Assembly (NCBI GenBank): GCA_014802705.1
Contig: JAAVBR010000007.1
Span: 1 to 37,315, forward strand
Length of the DNA stretch: 37,315 bases
Reading direction: 5' to 3'
Source: a bacterium
GTDB lineage: Bacteria; Pseudomonadota; Alphaproteobacteria; Rs-D84
Shown here: positions 1-8,409 of the stretch, piece by piece
Numbering within the stretch: the first letter of the stretch is position 1
Layout: the number at the start of each line of letters is the position of its first letter
Made by a program: the position numbers and the translations under genes
The notes under the pieces: model-generated
What the model was told of the DNA's origin: nothing
Databases searched by the model: none
What the model saw: the letters and a program-made list of their open reading frames with translations, nothing else

Positions 1-1
1 C

Positions 2-280
2 GAAGATTGGACCTTGAATGCAGAGGCGGTCTTTGGACATTATGATTGGCATCAACAATTGTCGATCAAGGGCGCCATCGGGTGGCAACCGAACGCATGG
101 ATGGCCCTGAACCTGTATGCCAAGACGACATTGTTTGACACCGCCAACGACAAAAATCTGGATCTGTTTTGGCGCGAACCCGGCGCCCTGGGGACGGGTG
201 ATTTTGTCAGAATCGGGGATACGTCGATCGACAAATATCGTGAAACCAGTGTCGGCGTTCAGGCAATCTTTTATTTCTAA
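2..280 (+). CDS. outer-membrane beta-barrel protein, C-terminal fragment (5' end outside window)
   Basis: The frame stays open to the window edge upstream of the listed TTG at 14. It ends ...VGVQAIFYF, the aromatic terminal strand typical of OMP barrels, and the next ORF ends the same way. Confidence 0.5.
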   Translation, partial: EDWTLNAEAVFGHYDWHQQLSIKGAIGWQPNAWMALNLYAKTTLFDTANDKNLDLFWREPGALGTGDFVRIGDTSIDKYRETSVGVQAIFYF

Positions 281-292
281 AGGAATAGGGGA

Positions 293-1012
293 ATGAAACA
301 CATGCGTAAAATTTTATGGGGGACGATGGCGATGCTGATGCTGGCGCCGAGGGTGGCAGCGGCGGCGGCCCACGATACAGCCGATCCCCTGTACTTGGCG
401 GGCGATCGTGACTTTGTGTCGCGGACATCACTGACCTATTGGGACAGCACCCTGCGCCTGGGCCAGGATTTTTCATACGGATTGGGTGGGCGCTTTGTGA
501 TTGGGGGCAATGTCCATTATCAAATCGATTTTGATGGTCACGAAGATGGATTTTCCAATTTTGACCTGGGCGGGATTTATCGATTGGGGCTTGCCGCCGA
601 TAATGAATCCAAGATCATATCCGATTTGTTGTTCGGGATTAAATTCGGCGGATCGTCACATGTGCGTACCCCCGAATATGCCGATACCATTTATTATGCC
701 GGGGTGCGTGTGGGCCGCGAATGGGCGGGGGTAACCCTGGCCGCGACATTGAAAAGCAGTTGGATTTTTGATGACGCGCGCGGTATGGCCTATATCGATT
801 TTGCGCCAGAGGCTTATTTTCGTCTGAATCCCGATTGGCGTGCGGGGGCGGGCGTTACCCTGCGCAAGGCCACCAAACCCCATTACGACCAGGAATGGGC
901 GAACTTTAAATTGGTGCGTCAATATGGTCGGACCCAATATGTCGGCCATGTGGATTACGAATTTGAAAGTGACGAAGTCCAGGTCGGTATCAAAGTCAAT
1001 ATTGTGTTTTGA
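293..1012 (+). CDS. outer-membrane beta-barrel protein with signal peptide
   Basis: SD AGGGGA lies upstream. The N-terminus MKHMRKILWGTMAMLMLAPRVAAAAA is signal-peptide-like. The body has alternating amphipathic strands rich in G/Y/D and ends ...GIKVNIVF. Confidence 0.6.
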   Translation: MKHMRKILWGTMAMLMLAPRVAAAAAHDTADPLYLAGDRDFVSRTSLTYWDSTLRLGQDFSYGLGGRFVIGGNVHYQIDFDGHEDGFSNFDLGGIYRLGLAADNESKIISDLLFGIKFGGSSHVRTPEYADTIYYAGVRVGREWAGVTLAATLKSSWIFDDARGMAYIDFAPEAYFRLNPDWRAGAGVTLRKATKPHYDQEWANFKLVRQYGRTQYVGHVDYEFESDEVQVGIKVNIVF

Positions 1013-1029
1013 TGGGAATGAATGAAAAT

Positions 1030-1069
1030 GCGCTCTATGCCGGGTTCCCAGCATAGAGCGCGTTTTTTT
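1030..1069. terminator. bidirectional rho-independent terminator between convergent genes
   Basis: An 11-bp stem GCGCTCTATGC / GCATAGAGCGC with a 10-nt loop, followed by T7, with an A-rich 5' flank. Confidence 0.8.
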
Positions 1070-1077
1070 CCCTCGGA

Positions 1078-2349
1078 TTATTTCTTGCGGAAACTGTCCC
1101 AATATTCCAGGCGTTTTTTAATCTCGCGCTCAAACCCGCGTTCGATGGGGCGATAAAACTGTTGCCGGGCCATGTCTTCGGGGAAACAATTTTGACCACT
1201 GCATCCGGATGCCGTGTCGGGGTCATAGACGTATCCCGCCCCATAGCCCATGTTTTTCATCATTTTGGTTGGCGCGTTTAAAATATGTTTGGGGGGCATC
1301 AGGCTGCCCGTTTCGCGGGCGACGGCGTACGCCGCTTTTTGCGCCTTGTAATTAGAAACGCTTTTGGGCGCCGTTCCCAAATAAATCACCAATTGCGTCA
1401 GGGCCAGGTCTCCCTCTGGGCTGCCCATGCGTTCATAAATCTGCCACGCGGTCAGCGCCATTTGCATCGCGTTCGGATCGGCCAGGCCCACGTCTTCCAT
1501 CGCGAAACGTGTCAATCGCCGGAACAGGTACATCGGATCTTGGCCCGACGTCATCATGCGCGCCACCCAATACAGCGCCGCATCCGTATCCGACGCGCGC
1601 AGGGATTTATGCACCGCCGAAATTAAATTATAATGTTCGTCGCCCGATTTGTCCGACAGGGGCGCCCGCTTTTGCACGGCGGCATCCAGGGCGTCCGCAT
1701 CCAAATCTTTTTTAAATTTGGCCGTCGTTAAATATTCAACCGTATTCAATAAAAACCGTGCGTCGCCGTCCGCCATCTGGGCCAGGTGCGTGCGCGCCGC
1801 GTCCGTCAAGGGCAGGCGTTTATCCAAGAATTCTTCGGCCCGGGTCATAAGTTGCAACAGGTCTTCGGTCGCCAGTCCCGTCAACACCCCCACGTGACAG
1901 CGCGACAGCAACGCGTTGTTCAAATTAAAACTGGGGTTTTCCGTCGTCGCCCCGATAAAGACGACGGTGCCATCCTCTAAGTACGGCAACAGGGTATCCT
2001 GTTGCGTTTTGTTAAAGCGATGAATTTCATCAATAAACAACAAGGTATTGCGCCCAATGTCCCGGTTCATGCGGGCGGCATCCATGGCCTTTTTAATATC
2101 GGCCGTGCCGGAAAAGACCGCCGACATCGGCATAAAATCCATGTCCACCGAATGGGCCAAGGCCCGGGCAATCGTCGTCTTGCCGCATCCGGGCGGCCCC
2201 CATAAAATCAGATTTGATAATTTGCCCGCGTCCACCATGCGGCGCACCAACCCGTTTTCCCCGAGTAACGTCCGCTGGCCCACCACGTCGTCAATCGTCG
2301 CGGGACGCATTAAATCGGCCAAAGGGCGTGTGTCGTTCGGGGTTTTCAT
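1078..2349 (-). CDS. rarA: replication-associated recombination protein A (AAA+ ATPase RarA/MgsA)
   Basis: Walker A GPPGCGKTT, Walker B LFIDEIHRFNK, and a MgsA-type C-terminal domain (HYNLISA..KS.R.SD.DAALYW..RM). Full length, 423 aa. Confidence 0.92.
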   Translation of the reverse strand: MKTPNDTRPLADLMRPATIDDVVGQRTLLGENGLVRRMVDAGKLSNLILWGPPGCGKTTIARALAHSVDMDFMPMSAVFSGTADIKKAMDAARMNRDIGRNTLLFIDEIHRFNKTQQDTLLPYLEDGTVVFIGATTENPSFNLNNALLSRCHVGVLTGLATEDLLQLMTRAEEFLDKRLPLTDAARTHLAQMADGDARFLLNTVEYLTTAKFKKDLDADALDAAVQKRAPLSDKSGDEHYNLISAVHKSLRASDTDAALYWVARMMTSGQDPMYLFRRLTRFAMEDVGLADPNAMQMALTAWQIYERMGSPEGDLALTQLVIYLGTAPKSVSNYKAQKAAYAVARETGSLMPPKHILNAPTKMMKNMGYGAGYVYDPDTASGCSGQNCFPEDMARQQFYRPIERGFEREIKKRLEYWDSFRKK

Positions 2350-2385
2350 TTTTATTTTACTTTTGTTTTATTTGGGCTTTATTTG

Positions 2386-2394
2386 TGATATAAT
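2386..2394 (+). promoter_or_regulatory. extended -10 promoter element (TGaTATAAT) in the rarA/mucR divergent region
   Basis: TTTGTGATATAAT lies 32 nt upstream of the ATG at 2426. The same 13-mer type recurs at 15856 and 28343. Confidence 0.4.
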
Positions 2395-2425
2395 CTATTT
2401 TAGTACAAACCATAAGAAAAATAAA

Positions 2426-2791
2426 ATGAAAAATAACGAATTCACCTTGGCGGTGGCAAATCTGGCGGCGGCGGCCATGGCGGCCAATCCCGGCCTGTCC
2501 ATGGCGGATGCGGTGCGCGACGCCACGGAAAACCTGCGCGGGGCCTCCATCAGCCCCCAAAAAATCAAGGATTCGGTCAAACCCGATAAAATCCAGTGTC
2601 TGGAAGACGGCACCTGGCACGTGATGCTGCGCCGCTATATCCGGCGAAAGTTTAATATGAGTCCGGAACAGTACAAGGCCAAATGGGGATTGCCGGATGA
2701 TTATCCGATGGTGGCGCCGACGTATGCGGCGCGCCGGTCAAAAATCGCAAAAAAAACAGGATTGGGTAAAAATGGCAAAAGAAATTCGTAA
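2426..2791 (+). CDS. mucR: Ros/MucR family transcriptional regulator with degenerate zinc-ligand set
   Basis: The C-terminal half IQCLEDG...SPEQYKAKWGLPDDYPMVAPTYAARRSKIAKKTGLG matches the Ros/MucR signature (..YR.KWGLP.DYPMVAP.YA..RS.LAK..GLG). The internal ATG at 2426 is preferred over the 2048 ORF start, which is antisense to rarA. Confidence 0.85.
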   Translation: MKNNEFTLAVANLAAAAMAANPGLSMADAVRDATENLRGASISPQKIKDSVKPDKIQCLEDGTWHVMLRRYIRRKFNMSPEQYKAKWGLPDDYPMVAPTYAARRSKIAKKTGLGKNGKRNS

Positions 2792-4433
2792 CAATAAATA
2801 CCTATCCGGCCTGTATCAGTTCTTGGGATGGGCGATCAAATACGCGACATGGGACAATCCCATTGTGCGTGGCACAGACGCGGCGATCAAGGCGGTTTCG
2901 GCGACGCCCGCGATGCCCCAGGAAACATGGTTTGAACGTCATTCCACGGTTGCGGCGCGTGTGGTTTGGTGGTGCGCATTGTGCGGCGCCCTGTTGAAAG
3001 AGGGGACCATTGATGTCGCCCCCGTCGTGGATGCCATGGGCCATTGGATCACACAGAATAATTTTGAAGATCTGAAATTAAATCCCAAAAATTCCGAACG
3101 CTGGGCGGATGCGGTGGTGGGGATTCATCCCTATGTCTTGGCGCATATTATTTCCAGCGAAGGGTTTATTGAAAAGGCCTATGACGACAATGGGGGCAAT
3201 GGGACGTTGACCCTGGGCAGTGGATTTACCATCAACGATAAAATACATCGTGATTTTGCAAAAAAAATATTGGGCCGCCATGTGGGAAACGGGGCGTCTA
3301 TTACCGTTGCGGAAAATCGGATCTTGGTATCCGAATGGTTAAAACAAAAAATCTATCCCCAAATTCAACAGAATCTGACCCGATCCATCGACAGTCGTCT
3401 GTTTGTGATTTTGGCGGTGGCGGCGTATAACAAAGGGTCCAATACCTATGCCCCTGGCAACAGCGGCCATCCCGTGATCCAGGCCATCAATGACGGCAAA
3501 AGTCCCGACGAAATTGCCGCGACGTATGTGCGGGCCTTTTCGGGAATCCAGGGCACCAAGTGGGGGGGGCTGCCCAACAAATTTGGTTTAAGCGCCCTGT
3601 ATTATCAGGGGGCGGTGCAAGACACAACGATTTTGAATGCCATTGCCGAGGCACCCTATACCCTGGAAAAACATATTCGCCAGAATAATAATCGGCTGGT
3701 GACCTATGACAACAAAACGAATGCGGCGCGGGCCAATGGATTGTATAATCCGGGTAATATTGATTCACTGATGCTGTTGACCAAATACCGCAAGACCCAG
3801 GGAACCGCTCAAGAACCGGTGAAAAATTATTTAACCCCGCATCAATGTGATGTGATTCAACAGGGAAAATTGGCGGCCCATGTGGCGGATTTCCAGGATT
3901 CGATTGTTCATGTCACCCCCCAGAAAATGGATGCGTCGGATGAGTTAAATGCCGCCGGCGAAGAATTTTATTTTGATAAAAAGTATGCCCAGGCGGTTGA
4001 AAAATTCAAAGCGGCCATCCAGAAAAAACCGCAGAATTACATCGCATACAGCAATTTGGCCATTTCATATTACAAAATGGATAAATACGCCGATGGGTTA
4101 AAGGTGGTCCAGGATCTGATCAAATCATCGCACTTTGCGGGCATGCCGGACGACATTCGGGGCTATACCTATTATAATGTGGCGTTGTGTCGGATGGCCC
4201 TGGGGGACAATGCCCAGGATACCACGGCCGCCGCGGAACATTACACATTGGCCCGGGCAAATTTAAAGTTGGCCGAAAAATTCAGCGGCTGTGTGCACGA
4301 AGACATGCGCAAAACGTTGGATGCCAAAATAAATCCGGCGCCGCATATGCGCGCCGCCGCGGCCAAGGTCAAAAGCCAATCGGCCCCCCAAAAAGGCCGG
4401 GCGCCCGTGCGTCCCAAACAAGAGGGCAGATAA
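2772..4433 (+). CDS. membrane-anchored GH24 (T4-lysozyme-like) muramidase domain protein with C-terminal TPR repeats, paralog A
   Basis: SSEGFIEKAYDDNGGNGTLTLGSGFT reproduces the Glu-8/9-Asp-5-Thr spacing of the T4 lysozyme catalytic triad. A hydrophobic segment VVWWCALCGALL is present. The C-terminus is TPR-like (FYFDKKYAQAVEKFKAAIQKKPQNYIAYSNLAISYYKMDKY). The start at 2772 is chosen over 2697. Confidence 0.7.
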   Translation: MAKEIRNNKYLSGLYQFLGWAIKYATWDNPIVRGTDAAIKAVSATPAMPQETWFERHSTVAARVVWWCALCGALLKEGTIDVAPVVDAMGHWITQNNFEDLKLNPKNSERWADAVVGIHPYVLAHIISSEGFIEKAYDDNGGNGTLTLGSGFTINDKIHRDFAKKILGRHVGNGASITVAENRILVSEWLKQKIYPQIQQNLTRSIDSRLFVILAVAAYNKGSNTYAPGNSGHPVIQAINDGKSPDEIAATYVRAFSGIQGTKWGGLPNKFGLSALYYQGAVQDTTILNAIAEAPYTLEKHIRQNNNRLVTYDNKTNAARANGLYNPGNIDSLMLLTKYRKTQGTAQEPVKNYLTPHQCDVIQQGKLAAHVADFQDSIVHVTPQKMDASDELNAAGEEFYFDKKYAQAVEKFKAAIQKKPQNYIAYSNLAISYYKMDKYADGLKVVQDLIKSSHFAGMPDDIRGYTYYNVALCRMALGDNAQDTTAAAEHYTLARANLKLAEKFSGCVHEDMRKTLDAKINPAPHMRAAAAKVKSQSAPQKGRAPVRPKQEGR

Positions 4434-6206
4434 ATGGCACAACGGTTTCAAAAAATTGTCGGCGCGCCCCAGCATACATTTGAACGGGCCCGCAAAAAAA
4501 TAACGGCATGGCATCCCCGCACACCCGTGGGGCATGTGGGGCGCCTGGTCGGGATTTCGGGGACGGGGATATTTGAATTTTTATTGTGGGCGGTCAAATA
4601 CGCCACATTGGATAATCCGATGTTGCGCGATATGGAAGACAAGATACGAAATCTGCAAACCAATTCCATTTGGTGGCGTCATCCCAATTTGTCGGCGCAT
4701 GTGTTGTGGTGGTTTATGTTGGGGGGCGTGGTTTTGTCCGCGTGGCCCCAAAGCGATGAAATGGAAGAGGGAACAGAACCCTTTTATGAGACACACAACA
4801 GCGCCACCGATGTCCCGCCGGTCGCGGAAAAAAAGTTTGCGGGTTTTTGTCTGAATCCCCTGGATCAACAGGCGTGGCGCGCCGATGTGATGGGCGTGCA
4901 TCCCTATGTCTTGGCGCATATTATTTCCAGCGAGGGCTTTATCGAACGGGCCTATGACGACAATGCAGGCAATGGAACGTTGACCCTGGGCAGTGGTTTT
5001 ACCATCGATCACGCGGCGCATCGGGCGTTTGCCCAGCAAATATTGGGCCGCCGGATTGGCAATTGGGCGCGGATTGATGTGGATGAAAACCGTGTGTTGG
5101 TGTCCGAATGGCTGCGCCAGGTGATTTATCCCAATATTCAACAGAATTTAACCCGACCGGTGGATGGGCGTTTGTTTGTGATTTTGGCGGTGGCGGCATA
5201 CAACAAAGGGCACAATATCTATGCCCCCGGCAACAGCGGCTATCCCGTTATCCAGGCCATCAATGCCGGCAAAAGTGTGGATGAAATAGCCAATGCCTAT
5301 GTGCGGGCCTTTGCGGGGCCGCGCGGCACGCGTTGGCCGGGATTGATCAATAAATATGGCGTCTGTGCGTTGTATTACAAGGGTAACATTTCCGATGGGG
5401 CCATCTTGGCCTCGGTGGCAGAGGCACCTTATCGTCTGGAAAAGCATATTCGCCAGAACCGGGGACGGTTGGTCACCTATGACGGGTCGGGCGAAGATGC
5501 CCGCCCCAATGGTGTCATTGATCATAAAAAAATGGATTCCCTGTTGATGATGGTGCCAAAGCACAAGACCAAGGGTACCCTGCAGGATACGGTCGGGACG
5601 TATTTGAACGCGGCACAATGTGATGCGATTTCGCGTGGCGTTTTGGCCGGGGCGGATGCCTGTTTCCATGATTTTATGCCCAAAAAAACGGCGGAAAGAT
5701 TAAGTCGATCGGACGCGTTAAACATTACGGGCGAAGAATTGTATTTTGATAAAAAATACAGCGCCGCCATCAAAAAATTCCAGGCGGCCCTGGATAAAGA
5801 TCCGCGCAATTATATCGCGTACGCCAATATGGTGATTTGTTATTGCAAAATGGGGCGGCCCGAACGGGGATTGGCCGTGATGCAAAACCTGATGGGGACC
5901 GGTCTGTATACCGACATGCCCGGCGATATGCGCGGCGCCATGTATTACGGGGCGGCCCTGTGTCGCGTGGCATTGGGCGACGCCGCCACACGGGATGACG
6001 TGCGCCGCACGCATTATACCGCGGCATTGGAAAATTTAAAGTTGGCCGAAAAATTTAGCGGTGACCCGCACGAGGGGATCCAAAAAGCCGTCCAGGCAAA
6101 GATAAATCCGGCGCCGCAGATGCGCGCCGCCGCGGCCAAGGTCAAAAGTCAGACGCGTGTTCCCACCGCCAAAGGGAACGTGGTGACCAAAAATGAGGGC
6201 AGATAA
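4434..6206 (+). CDS. membrane-anchored GH24 lysozyme-like / TPR protein, paralog B
   Basis: Same architecture as 2772-4433 (SSEGFIERAYDDNAGNGTLTLGSGFT, a TPR tail, and an identical ...NLKLAEKFSG...AKINPAP.MRAAAAKVKSQ end). The ATG directly abuts the upstream TAA. Confidence 0.7.
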   Translation: MAQRFQKIVGAPQHTFERARKKITAWHPRTPVGHVGRLVGISGTGIFEFLLWAVKYATLDNPMLRDMEDKIRNLQTNSIWWRHPNLSAHVLWWFMLGGVVLSAWPQSDEMEEGTEPFYETHNSATDVPPVAEKKFAGFCLNPLDQQAWRADVMGVHPYVLAHIISSEGFIERAYDDNAGNGTLTLGSGFTIDHAAHRAFAQQILGRRIGNWARIDVDENRVLVSEWLRQVIYPNIQQNLTRPVDGRLFVILAVAAYNKGHNIYAPGNSGYPVIQAINAGKSVDEIANAYVRAFAGPRGTRWPGLINKYGVCALYYKGNISDGAILASVAEAPYRLEKHIRQNRGRLVTYDGSGEDARPNGVIDHKKMDSLLMMVPKHKTKGTLQDTVGTYLNAAQCDAISRGVLAGADACFHDFMPKKTAERLSRSDALNITGEELYFDKKYSAAIKKFQAALDKDPRNYIAYANMVICYCKMGRPERGLAVMQNLMGTGLYTDMPGDMRGAMYYGAALCRVALGDAATRDDVRRTHYTAALENLKLAEKFSGDPHEGIQKAVQAKINPAPQMRAAAAKVKSQTRVPTAKGNVVTKNEGR

Positions 6207-6207
6207 C

Positions 6208-8163
6208 ATGCATATTTATATTGATGATCAGGATAAGCGTTGGAACAAATATAAAATCGATTTTGATGGGGTGGCCCGTCGGGCGGCGGATGTCGCCGGC
6301 GCCGCGCCTGAGGCAGAAATATCGATTATCCTGACCGATGATGCGCACATTCATGAACTGAACCGACAATATCGTCAGATTGATCGGCCGACCAATGTGC
6401 TGTCCTTTGAATTGGGGGATCCCCAATTGTTGGGCGACATTTATATATCCTTGGACACGGTCCAGCGCGAGGCCCATGATTTAAATATCCCTGTGGCCGA
6501 TCATACGGCGCATATGGTGGTGCACGGGGTTTTGCACCTGATGGGGTATGATCATATTGATGATGCGGATGCGGTGCGGATGGAAAAATTGGAAACCCAA
6601 ATTTTGGGGGATATGGGAATTAAAAATCCCTATGCGTCGGACGGGGATGTCGTGGCCAGGCGGGGAATGCGCCCATGGGGATGCGCGGCGCTCTATGCAC
6701 TCTGTGGGGCGGTGGCCGTGTTGGGGTTTGCGCCCATGGTTTTTTGGTGGGCGACATGTATCGGCATCGGCGGGGCATATTACCTCTGTGTTCGTGACGG
6801 GGACGCGCCCATTGGATTGGGACGCGGATGGATGCGGGCGTTTCCCTTTGGGGCAATGTACGCCGTGGGGATGTTTTGGTGGATGCTGAATTCGATTTTT
6901 GTGGTACCGGAATTGATGCATCAATTTGCGATTTGGACATTGCCCGCATTGATGGGGATCGCGTTGGCGGGGGGGATTATTTTCGCCGCGCCGTTTGCCG
7001 TTGTGTCTTCTATGCGCCGGAATCCGGCATATACACCGATTTATTTTGCAACCGCCTGGACGTTGGTGTTGTGGTTGCGGGAATGGGTGCTGACCGGATT
7101 TCCATGGAATCCGTTGGCGAACATTACGTTGAATATGCCGTTGATCGCCAATTCCATGTCGCTGTGGGGGGCATTGGGATTGACGTTTGTGGTGGCAGGC
7201 TTGATCGCATCGGGGGTGGAATGGATCCGCACGCGGCGCCGTGATGTCGTGACCACATTTTTGATGTTTGTGGTGGTATTGGCCGCCGGCGCGGTTGCAG
7301 GATATATCAATATACTGCGTGCGGCCGTGGATACCGATAAACCGGCCCCTGTGATTCGTATTGTACAGCCCGCCATGTCCCAATCGCAAAAGATGACGCG
7401 CGATGCGGCGGTGGAAAATCTGAAACGTCTGATGGAACTGGGGTGGGGCGATGATGCCGGGGCGCATCCCGATTTGATTGTGTATCCGGAAACCACCTAT
7501 CCGGCGGTGATGGAGGCTGATGATGATATGCCCATGGCGCGGGCCTTGGGCAAACCGGTGGTGATGGGGACGTTATCCTGGGATGGGCGGCATGTCTATA
7601 ATTCCATGGCGGTGGCGGGAAATGACGGGACGTTAAATCACCTGTATCACAAATCGCATTTGGTGCCGTTTGGGGAATACGCGCCGCTGGGGGGACTGAT
7701 GCCGGCGCCGGGGAATTTAACCCCCGGCACAGGGCCGGCCCTGATCACGCTGGATCTGGGGGGGCGTGCCTTTACCTTTGCGCCCGCCATTTGTTACGAG
7801 ATTATTTTTACAGATTCCCTGGTGCGTTCCGCGGCGCCCATCGACGCGGTGATCAATATGACCAATGACACATGGTTTGGCCGCACCCCCGGCACGTACC
7901 AGCACTTGGATATGGTGCGGCGCTATGCGATTGAATCAGGGCTGCCCATTGTGCGGGCCAATTATTCGGGGATCAGTGCCCTGGTCAACAGTGCGGGTGC
8001 CGTCACGGCCCGGATTCCCATCGGGGCCACAGGGATCTTGGACGGCACGGTCGGGGGCGCGCACCAAACGCCATATCGATGGATCGGGCGTGACGGATGG
8101 ATGATTCTTATTTTGATCTTTGCCCTGGGGGCCGTGGCCGTGCGCCGGCGGTTCGGAAAATAA
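6208..8163 (+). CDS. lnt: single ORF joining YbeY (rRNA maturation endoribonuclease) to apolipoprotein N-acyltransferase Lnt
   Basis: Residues about 1-150 carry the YbeY motif HGVLHLMGYDH and end ...GIKNPY. From M at 6667 the ORF is Lnt-like: multi-TM N-terminus, then a CN-hydrolase domain (DLIVYPET, HKSHLVPFGEY, ICYE). No stop separates the two parts. GAGGG lies upstream of ATG 6208, and the alternative start 6193 overlaps the upstream gene. Confidence 0.8.
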   Translation: MHIYIDDQDKRWNKYKIDFDGVARRAADVAGAAPEAEISIILTDDAHIHELNRQYRQIDRPTNVLSFELGDPQLLGDIYISLDTVQREAHDLNIPVADHTAHMVVHGVLHLMGYDHIDDADAVRMEKLETQILGDMGIKNPYASDGDVVARRGMRPWGCAALYALCGAVAVLGFAPMVFWWATCIGIGGAYYLCVRDGDAPIGLGRGWMRAFPFGAMYAVGMFWWMLNSIFVVPELMHQFAIWTLPALMGIALAGGIIFAAPFAVVSSMRRNPAYTPIYFATAWTLVLWLREWVLTGFPWNPLANITLNMPLIANSMSLWGALGLTFVVAGLIASGVEWIRTRRRDVVTTFLMFVVVLAAGAVAGYINILRAAVDTDKPAPVIRIVQPAMSQSQKMTRDAAVENLKRLMELGWGDDAGAHPDLIVYPETTYPAVMEADDDMPMARALGKPVVMGTLSWDGRHVYNSMAVAGNDGTLNHLYHKSHLVPFGEYAPLGGLMPAPGNLTPGTGPALITLDLGGRAFTFAPAICYEIIFTDSLVRSAAPIDAVINMTNDTWFGRTPGTYQHLDMVRRYAIESGLPIVRANYSGISALVNSAGAVTARIPIGATGILDGTVGGAHQTPYRWIGRDGWMILILIFALGAVAVRRRFGK

Positions 8164-8204
8164 AAAATGCGAACCGGCGCCGGTTCAATGACATCATGTT
8201 TCCA

Positions 8205-8239
8205 AAAATAAACCGCCCCACAAGGGGGCGTTTAATTTT
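8205..8239. terminator. bidirectional terminator hairpin between lnt and tRNA-Cys
   Basis: CGCCCC-ACAAG-GGGGCG with T-runs on both strands (TTTAATTTTT on +, TTTATTTTT on -). Confidence 0.6.
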
Positions 8240-8313
8240 TGGAGGCCTGGGTCGGAATCGAACCGGCATACAAGGATTTGCAGTCCTCTGCATAACCACT
8301 CTGCCACCAGGCC
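8240..8313 (-). tRNA. tRNA-Cys (anticodon GCA), CCA encoded
   Basis: The reverse complement reads GGCCTGGTGGCAGAGTGGTTATGCAGAGGACTGCAAATCCTTGTATGCCGGTTCGATTCCGACCCAGGCCTCCA. It has a 7-bp acceptor stem, anticodon loop CT-GCA-AA and T-loop GGTTCGATTCC. Confidence 0.92.
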
Positions 8314-8409
8314 ATTGGATGGGCGAAAGCATCCTAGGCAAAATTAAAAAAGAATTCAATAGAAAAATTAAAAAGATTGTGATACAGTATTTCCCAGAGA
8401 GAGTTTTTT

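Noticed and set aside
2048-2425. An N-terminal extension of the MucR ORF (ORF-track start 2048)
   Set aside because: The extension is antisense to the rarA 5' region and crosses the AT-rich divergent promoter. The MucR homology begins after ATG 2426.
6481-7467. A 328-aa minus-strand ORF inside lnt
   Set aside because: It is an Arg/His/Pro/Gly-rich translation typical of the antisense frame of a GC-rich membrane-protein gene, and the Lnt frame is strongly supported. The same reasoning applies to 7041-7496, 14189-15238 (antisense to thrS), 11828-12514 (antisense to the permease gene), 26866-27393, 29023-29703, 31507-32025 and 33560-34243.
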